Shown here piece after piece: positions 37,752 to 41,553 of a DNA stretch of 41,553 nt (positions within the stretch are counted from its first letter, which is position 1; the number at the start of each line of letters is the position of its first letter). The DNA lies in assembly GCA_963169595.1 (NCBI GenBank), contig CAUJFM010000145.1:1-41553 (forward strand), in the 5' to 3' direction. A program made the translations under genes and the position numbers. The notes beneath the pieces are model-generated. The model saw only the letters and a list, made by a program, of their open reading frames with translations, did no database searches and was not told where the DNA came from. This stretch comes from Bacteroidota bacterium. GTDB taxonomy: Bacteria > Bacteroidota > Bacteroidia > Flavobacteriales_F > PHOS-HE28.

Positions 37752-38723
37752 TTGAGCGAGAAGCTGATCACCATCACCGGTGTCGATCCGGTAGCGGTCC
37801 TGGGGGCCAACGACGCCCACCTGCGCCTCATCAAGCCCCTGTTCCCGAAGCTGAACCTCATTGCCCGGGGCGATACGCTCAAGGTCTCCGGGGCCGAGGC
37901 GGACATCGCCCTCTTCGAGGAGCGCTTCAACGAACTGGTGGCCCACGTGGCGCGCTACAACGAACTGCCCCGCAAGGTGCTGGACGACATCATGGGCAGC
38001 GGCGAGGCCCCGCGCAGCGAGTCCGGTGAGGACGCCGACGTGCTGGTCTACGGCAACGCCGGGCTGCGCGTGAAGGCCCGCACCCTCAACCAGCAGAAGC
38101 TGGTGAAGGCGGTGGAGGGCAGCGACATGGTCTTCGCCATCGGACCGGCCGGCACCGGCAAGACCTACACCGCCGTAGCCCTTGCGGTGAAGGCGCTGAA
38201 GGAACGGAAGGTGCGCCGCATCATCCTCACCCGCCCGGCCGTGGAGGCGGGGGAGAACCTCGGCTTCCTGCCCGGCGACCTGCGCGAGAAGCTCGATCCC
38301 TACCTGCAGCCGCTCTACGATGCGCTCAAGGAGATGATCCCCGCCTCGCGCCTGGCCGACCACCTCGACGAGGGCATCATCCAGATCGCGCCGCTCGCCT
38401 TCATGCGTGGCCGCACGCTCGATCACGCCTTCGTGATCCTCGACGAGGCCCAGAACGCCACGCTGCCGCAGCTCAAGATGTTCCTCACCCGCATGGGCCG
38501 CAACGCCAAGTTCGTCATCACCGGCGACGTCACCCAGGTGGACCTGCCCGACCGCCAGCCCAGTGGCCTGATGCCCGCCGTGGCCATGCTCCGCCACATC
38601 GAAGGCATCAACGTCATCGAGCTCGACGAGAAGGACGTCATCCGCCATGAGCTGGTGACCCGCGTGCTCGGCGCGTTCAAGGAACTGGAGCAGAAGACCG
38701 ACAAGAAGGACCGCCCCCAATGA
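37752..38723 (+). CDS. phoH: PhoH-family ATPase
   Basis: It has Walker A GPAGTGKTY, LTRPAVEAGE.LGFLPGD, Walker B FVILDEAQN and ITGDVTQVDLP. The start is a TTG at 37752, because no in-frame ATG is available. Confidence 0.9.
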   Translation: MSEKLITITGVDPVAVLGANDAHLRLIKPLFPKLNLIARGDTLKVSGAEADIALFEERFNELVAHVARYNELPRKVLDDIMGSGEAPRSESGEDADVLVYGNAGLRVKARTLNQQKLVKAVEGSDMVFAIGPAGTGKTYTAVALAVKALKERKVRRIILTRPAVEAGENLGFLPGDLREKLDPYLQPLYDALKEMIPASRLADHLDEGIIQIAPLAFMRGRTLDHAFVILDEAQNATLPQLKMFLTRMGRNAKFVITGDVTQVDLPDRQPSGLMPAVAMLRHIEGINVIELDEKDVIRHELVTRVLGAFKELEQKTDKKDRPQ

Positions 38724-39676
38724 CCACCGCACACCCCGGGACACTGATGCGTTCCGACCTCCAGCACCCGCTCATCACCAACGTCTACCGCGGCAAGGTG
38801 CGCGATGTGTACACCCTGTCCGACGGCCGCATCATCCTGGTGGCCAGCGACCGCATCAGCGCCTTCGATGTGGTGCTGCCGCGCGGCATCCCCCACAAGG
38901 GCCAGGTGCTCAGCCAGCTCAGCTGGCACATGCTCGGCCTTACGCGCCAGGTGGCGCCCAACTGGGCCGAGGCCTCGCCCGACCCCAACGTGGTCATCGG
39001 GGCCGCCTGCAGCACGGTGAAGGTGGAGATGGTGGTGCGCGGCTACCTCGCCGGCCACGCCTGGCGCACCTACCAGGCCGGTGGGCGCACGCTGTGCGGG
39101 GCCGCCCTGCCCGAGGGGATGAAGGAGAACGACCGCTTCCCCACACCCCTCATCACGCCCAGCACCAAGGCCGATGTGGGGCACGATGAGGACATCACCC
39201 CCGACGAGATCCTGGCGCGCGGCCTCTGCACGCCGCAGGAGTGGGACACCATGCAGCGCTACGCCCTGGCGCTCTTCGCCGAGGGCAGCCGCATCGCCGC
39301 CGAGCGCGGCCTGCTGCTGGTGGACACCAAGTACGAGTTCGGACGCACCCCCGATGGCCGCATCCTGCTCATCGACGAGGTGCATACGCCCGACAGTTCC
39401 CGCTACTTCTACGCCGACGGCTATGCCGAACGCCAGGCCAGCGGCGAGCGCCAGAAGCAGCTCAGCAAGGAGTTCGTGCGCGAATGGCTCATCGCCGGCG
39501 GCTTCATGGGCAAGGAGGGCCAGCAGGTGCCCCCCATGGACGATGCCTTCGTGCAGAGCGTCACCGAGCGCTACGTGGAGCTCTACGAGCGCATCACCGG
39601 CCAAGCTTTCCACCCCGCACCCACGGAGGACATCAACGTGCGGATCCAGCAGGCGCTGGAAGCTTACCTCGGCTGA
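38720..39676 (+). CDS. purC: phosphoribosylaminoimidazole-succinocarboxamide synthase (SAICAR synthetase)
   Basis: 318-aa ORF with YRGKVRDVY, DRISAFD, EMVVRGYLAG, PSTKA, LLLVDTKYEFG and DEVHTPDSSR. There is an ATGA overlap with phoH. Confidence 0.95.
   Translation: MTTAHPGTLMRSDLQHPLITNVYRGKVRDVYTLSDGRIILVASDRISAFDVVLPRGIPHKGQVLSQLSWHMLGLTRQVAPNWAEASPDPNVVIGAACSTVKVEMVVRGYLAGHAWRTYQAGGRTLCGAALPEGMKENDRFPTPLITPSTKADVGHDEDITPDEILARGLCTPQEWDTMQRYALALFAEGSRIAAERGLLLVDTKYEFGRTPDGRILLIDEVHTPDSSRYFYADGYAERQASGERQKQLSKEFVREWLIAGGFMGKEGQQVPPMDDAFVQSVTERYVELYERITGQAFHPAPTEDINVRIQQALEAYLG
39566..39622 (+). repeat. direct repeat, left copy (inside intact purC 3' end)
   Basis: This 57-nt segment is 53/57 identical to 40382-40438. 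Confidence 0.9.
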
Positions 39677-39684
39677 GGTGCGCT

Positions 39685-39692
39685 TAACTTTG
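39685..39692 (+). promoter_or_regulatory. -7 promoter element (TAACTTTG) for the DUF4160/DUF2442 module
   Basis: It is an exact TAnnTTTG match, 10 nt upstream of the ATG at 39703 and 8 nt after the purC stop. Confidence 0.5.
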
Positions 39693-39702
39693 AGGCAGGC
39701 GT

Positions 39703-39954
39703 ATGGCACCCAAGGCGATCAAACCGGACATTGAGGGCTATGCGTTCTACTTCTGGAGTGAGGAGGGCGCAGAGCCACCGCATGTGCATGTGAACAAGGG
39801 CGATGGGCATGCCAAATGGTGGCTGCTGCCGGAACCTGTGGAGGTCTATTCCTACGGGTTCAAGAAACAGGAGAGGAAACGGATCCACGAGTTGATCAAC
39901 ACGCACCATGGAACGATCATCAAAGCCTGGAACGCGCACTTCAAGCGCCAGTGA
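39703..39954 (+). CDS. DUF4160 domain protein
   Basis: 83-aa ORF. The sequence F.F.SEEGAEPPHVHV.KGDGHAKWWL is the DUF4160 signature. A perfect -7 box TAACTTTG lies at 39685-39692. G+C is lower than in the neighbours. Confidence 0.8.
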   Translation: MAPKAIKPDIEGYAFYFWSEEGAEPPHVHVNKGDGHAKWWLLPEPVEVYSYGFKKQERKRIHELINTHHGTIIKAWNAHFKRQ

Positions 39955-39988
39955 CCTTCGATCACCGGATCCATTGGACCGCTTGATC

Positions 39989-40303
39989 ATGGAGAAGGGC
40001 TTGCGGATCACGGAGGTGGCGGTGGCCAATCATGCCGTTGTCCTGCGGCTCAACAACGGATCGGTGTTCGCAGAACCATTGGATGGCATCCATGCACTGA
40101 GCGATGCCACTCCCAAGCAATTGCAGCAGTGTGAGGTATTTGCCGGTGGGGTGGGCATCGCCTGGCCCAAGCTCGATGTCCACTTGTCCTTGAAAGGCTT
40201 CCTCACGAACATGGTCCGCAACGAGCTCATCCGGCGCCTGACGGTCGAACCCAAGCCTGGAGCACGTGGCCACGGAAAGGTGCGTCGTGGGGTTGAGGCC
40301 TGA
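39989..40303 (+). CDS. DUF2442 domain protein
   Basis: Trimmed to the ATG at 39989 (MEKGLRITEV...). The pattern L.L.NG......L......L..AT..QL...E....G.GI.WP.LD.DLS fits DUF2442, and it has the usual pairing with DUF4160. Confidence 0.75.
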   Translation: MEKGLRITEVAVANHAVVLRLNNGSVFAEPLDGIHALSDATPKQLQQCEVFAGGVGIAWPKLDVHLSLKGFLTNMVRNELIRRLTVEPKPGARGHGKVRRGVEA

Positions 40304-40356
40304 GCAGGGAATGAACTCCCACCCGGTGCGTTCCGCGCATCGTAGAATGAATACAG

Positions 40357-40490
40357 AAAGGCTTCCTTGGTCCACAGCGCCGAACGCTACGTGGAGCTCT
40401 TTGAGCGCATCACCGGCCAAGCTCTCCACCCCGCACCCCGAGGATAGCAATGCCCGCATGCATCGGGCGGTATCAGAGTACTTGGGGTAG
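40357..40490 (+). pseudogene. decayed duplicate of the purC 3' end (frameshifted remnant)
   Basis: Positions 40382-40438 match purC 39566-39622 at 53 of 57 nt. The tail encodes EDSNARMHRAVSEYLG* against purC EDINVRIQQALEAYLG*. The spacing to the stop differs by 2 nt, so the two halves are out of frame. No upstream purC body is present. Confidence 0.75.
40382..40438 (+). repeat. direct repeat, right copy (inside purC 3' remnant)
   Basis: This 57-nt segment is 53/57 identical to 39566-39622. Confidence 0.9.
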
Positions 40491-40563
40491 GCGGGGCGCG
40501 TGTTCCCTAAATGCGGTGGTCATTCGGTGTTGACCGATGTTGCGCGGCTTTGCGCGTAATGGC

Positions 40564-40694
40564 GGTCAACGGTTACGCATATGGCCAGTGGCGGTTTGCG
40601 GGCTGCATACCTGTCCGCCAGCACAGAAGCTGATGCGGGCTACAAAGCTTCAAATACCCACTTCCCCCGCCATTGGCTATATGCGATGTTAGCG
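40564..40694 (-). repeat. attC-like imperfect palindrome immediately 3' of the lnu-type gene
   Basis: The 19-nt arms CGCATATGGCCAGTGGCGG (40576-40594) and CCGCCATTGGCTATATGCG (40667-40685) pair with 17 Watson-Crick and 2 G-T pairs across a 72-nt spacer. Read on the minus strand, the outer boxes are CGCTAAC (like R'' RYYYAAC) and GTTGACC (like R' GTTRRRY). Each deviates from consensus, so the call is tentative. Confidence 0.4.
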
Positions 40695-40702
40695 GTAGTT
40701 TT

Positions 40703-41473
40703 TTATTCAATTCTTTTTAATATTTCTTTGAGTTTTAGTCCAACATTTAGTTTGTCAAACAGCTTTTCAGATATTTTCAATGAATTTTGAAAGGCTGTAT
40801 TTATGTTTTTAGGGTTTAAATCAGATGTTGTAAGTATAAATTCTGAATACCAATCTTGGTCAATATCTTTTTCCAAACTTTTCGTCGGGCTTTCCCAATG
40901 TTGAGTTTTATTTGTTACTGTTCTGATGAGCCAAAGTAAGTATTTTTGAACAGTCGTCAAGCTTTGGTGGGCGTGGGCAAATTCTTCTCTTTTGATTAAA
41001 TTGTTCGTTGTCAGCAAAACATTCAGTAATGATTGGCTTAGCCACAAAATATTTTCGTCTGTGGTTCTATCAGGGAATTTTACTTTGATTTGATTTAGCG
41101 TTTCCGTTAAAAGTCCGTCTTTGTCAATTAAATTCATTTGGTCAAAATCACTGAACGCAACAATTCCTTCCCACGATTTAATGATTTTTATTTCGTCTGT
41201 TTTTAAAAAATGAAATTCGCCTCTAATCATATTCTCAAAAATAGCGACTTCACTTCCGTATTCATTAATGAAATATAAAGCGACAGGATAAACTTGGTTT
41301 ACCCATTCTTCAGCCGAAAAGTTTTCTTTGGTTTTTAGAAAGATGTAAAATTCGATGTCAGAATATTTGTCGCCTTCATTTTTAGTAAATGAACCGTACA
41401 TAAAAACTGCGGAAACATTTTCGTCTTGTTGAGCTATTGATTTGGTTTTGTTAATCATTTGTAACTGTGTCAT
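40703..41473 (-). CDS. Lnu(B)/Lnu(F)-type lincosamide nucleotidyltransferase family protein
   Basis: 256-aa ORF. MYGSFTKNEGDKYSDIEFYIFL (the nucleotidyltransferase GS...D.E motif), IRGEFHF and the helical C-terminal half (YLLWLIR...QHW) match my recollection of Lnu(B)/Lnu(F)-like proteins. The gene is about 30% G+C in a roughly 65% G+C context. Confidence 0.78.
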   Translation of the reverse strand: MTQLQMINKTKSIAQQDENVSAVFMYGSFTKNEGDKYSDIEFYIFLKTKENFSAEEWVNQVYPVALYFINEYGSEVAIFENMIRGEFHFLKTDEIKIIKSWEGIVAFSDFDQMNLIDKDGLLTETLNQIKVKFPDRTTDENILWLSQSLLNVLLTTNNLIKREEFAHAHQSLTTVQKYLLWLIRTVTNKTQHWESPTKSLEKDIDQDWYSEFILTTSDLNPKNINTAFQNSLKISEKLFDKLNVGLKLKEILKRIE

Positions 41474-41553
41474 TGTTGTAAATTTTAAATTGTTGATAAA
41501 TACAAATCATCATAACTTTTGAGAGTAATGATTTATTTCTGTTTTTATTTTTA

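Noticed and set aside
40266-40490. A 74-aa plus-strand ORF as a real small gene.
   Set aside because: Its C-terminal part is the decayed purC 3' end read partly out of frame, so it is better explained as a pseudogene remnant.
40581-40790. A 69-aa ORF spanning the GC-to-AT junction.
   Set aside because: It crosses the attC-like structure and the 3' end of the lnu-type gene on the opposite strand. Its composition switches mid-ORF and it has no recognisable features.

Overview
This 41.5-kb window comes from a high-GC chromosome, roughly two-thirds G+C by eye. It looks like Bacteroidota: it has the gldF/gldG gliding-motility genes, a MoxR-DUF58-BatA operon, and recurrent TAnnTTTG-type -7 promoter boxes just upstream of start codons. 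About 50 tightly packed CDS lie on both strands. Most are housekeeping genes: dnaA, dnaN, recF, ligA, ndk, ribD, ribH, dapA, purC, prmC, phoH and an nrnA-like gene. I saw no rRNA, tRNA or CRISPR array. The non-core signal sits in three places. (1) An AAA-ATPase/DUF4143 gene with a PD-(D/E)xK-like C-terminus lies between dapA and a DEDDh exonuclease gene, and it is bracketed by two copies of the same perfect 39-bp palindrome. (2) A DUF4160/DUF2442 two-gene module is sandwiched between the intact purC 3' end and a decayed, frameshifted second copy of that 3' end, which looks like an insertion scar. (3) At about 40.7 kb G+C drops abruptly to roughly 30%. An Lnu-type lincosamide nucleotidyltransferase gene sits there, followed by an attC-like imperfect palindrome, and the AT-rich stretch runs to the window edge. 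There are also three unrelated short-period, low-complexity intergenic tracts: an inverted hexamer array, a 61-nt polypurine run next to an Avd/IVS-type four-helix-bundle gene, and a 10-unit heptamer array upstream of gldF. A small DnaA-box cluster lies upstream of dnaN. All product calls rest on motifs and my memory of protein families, because no database search was possible.
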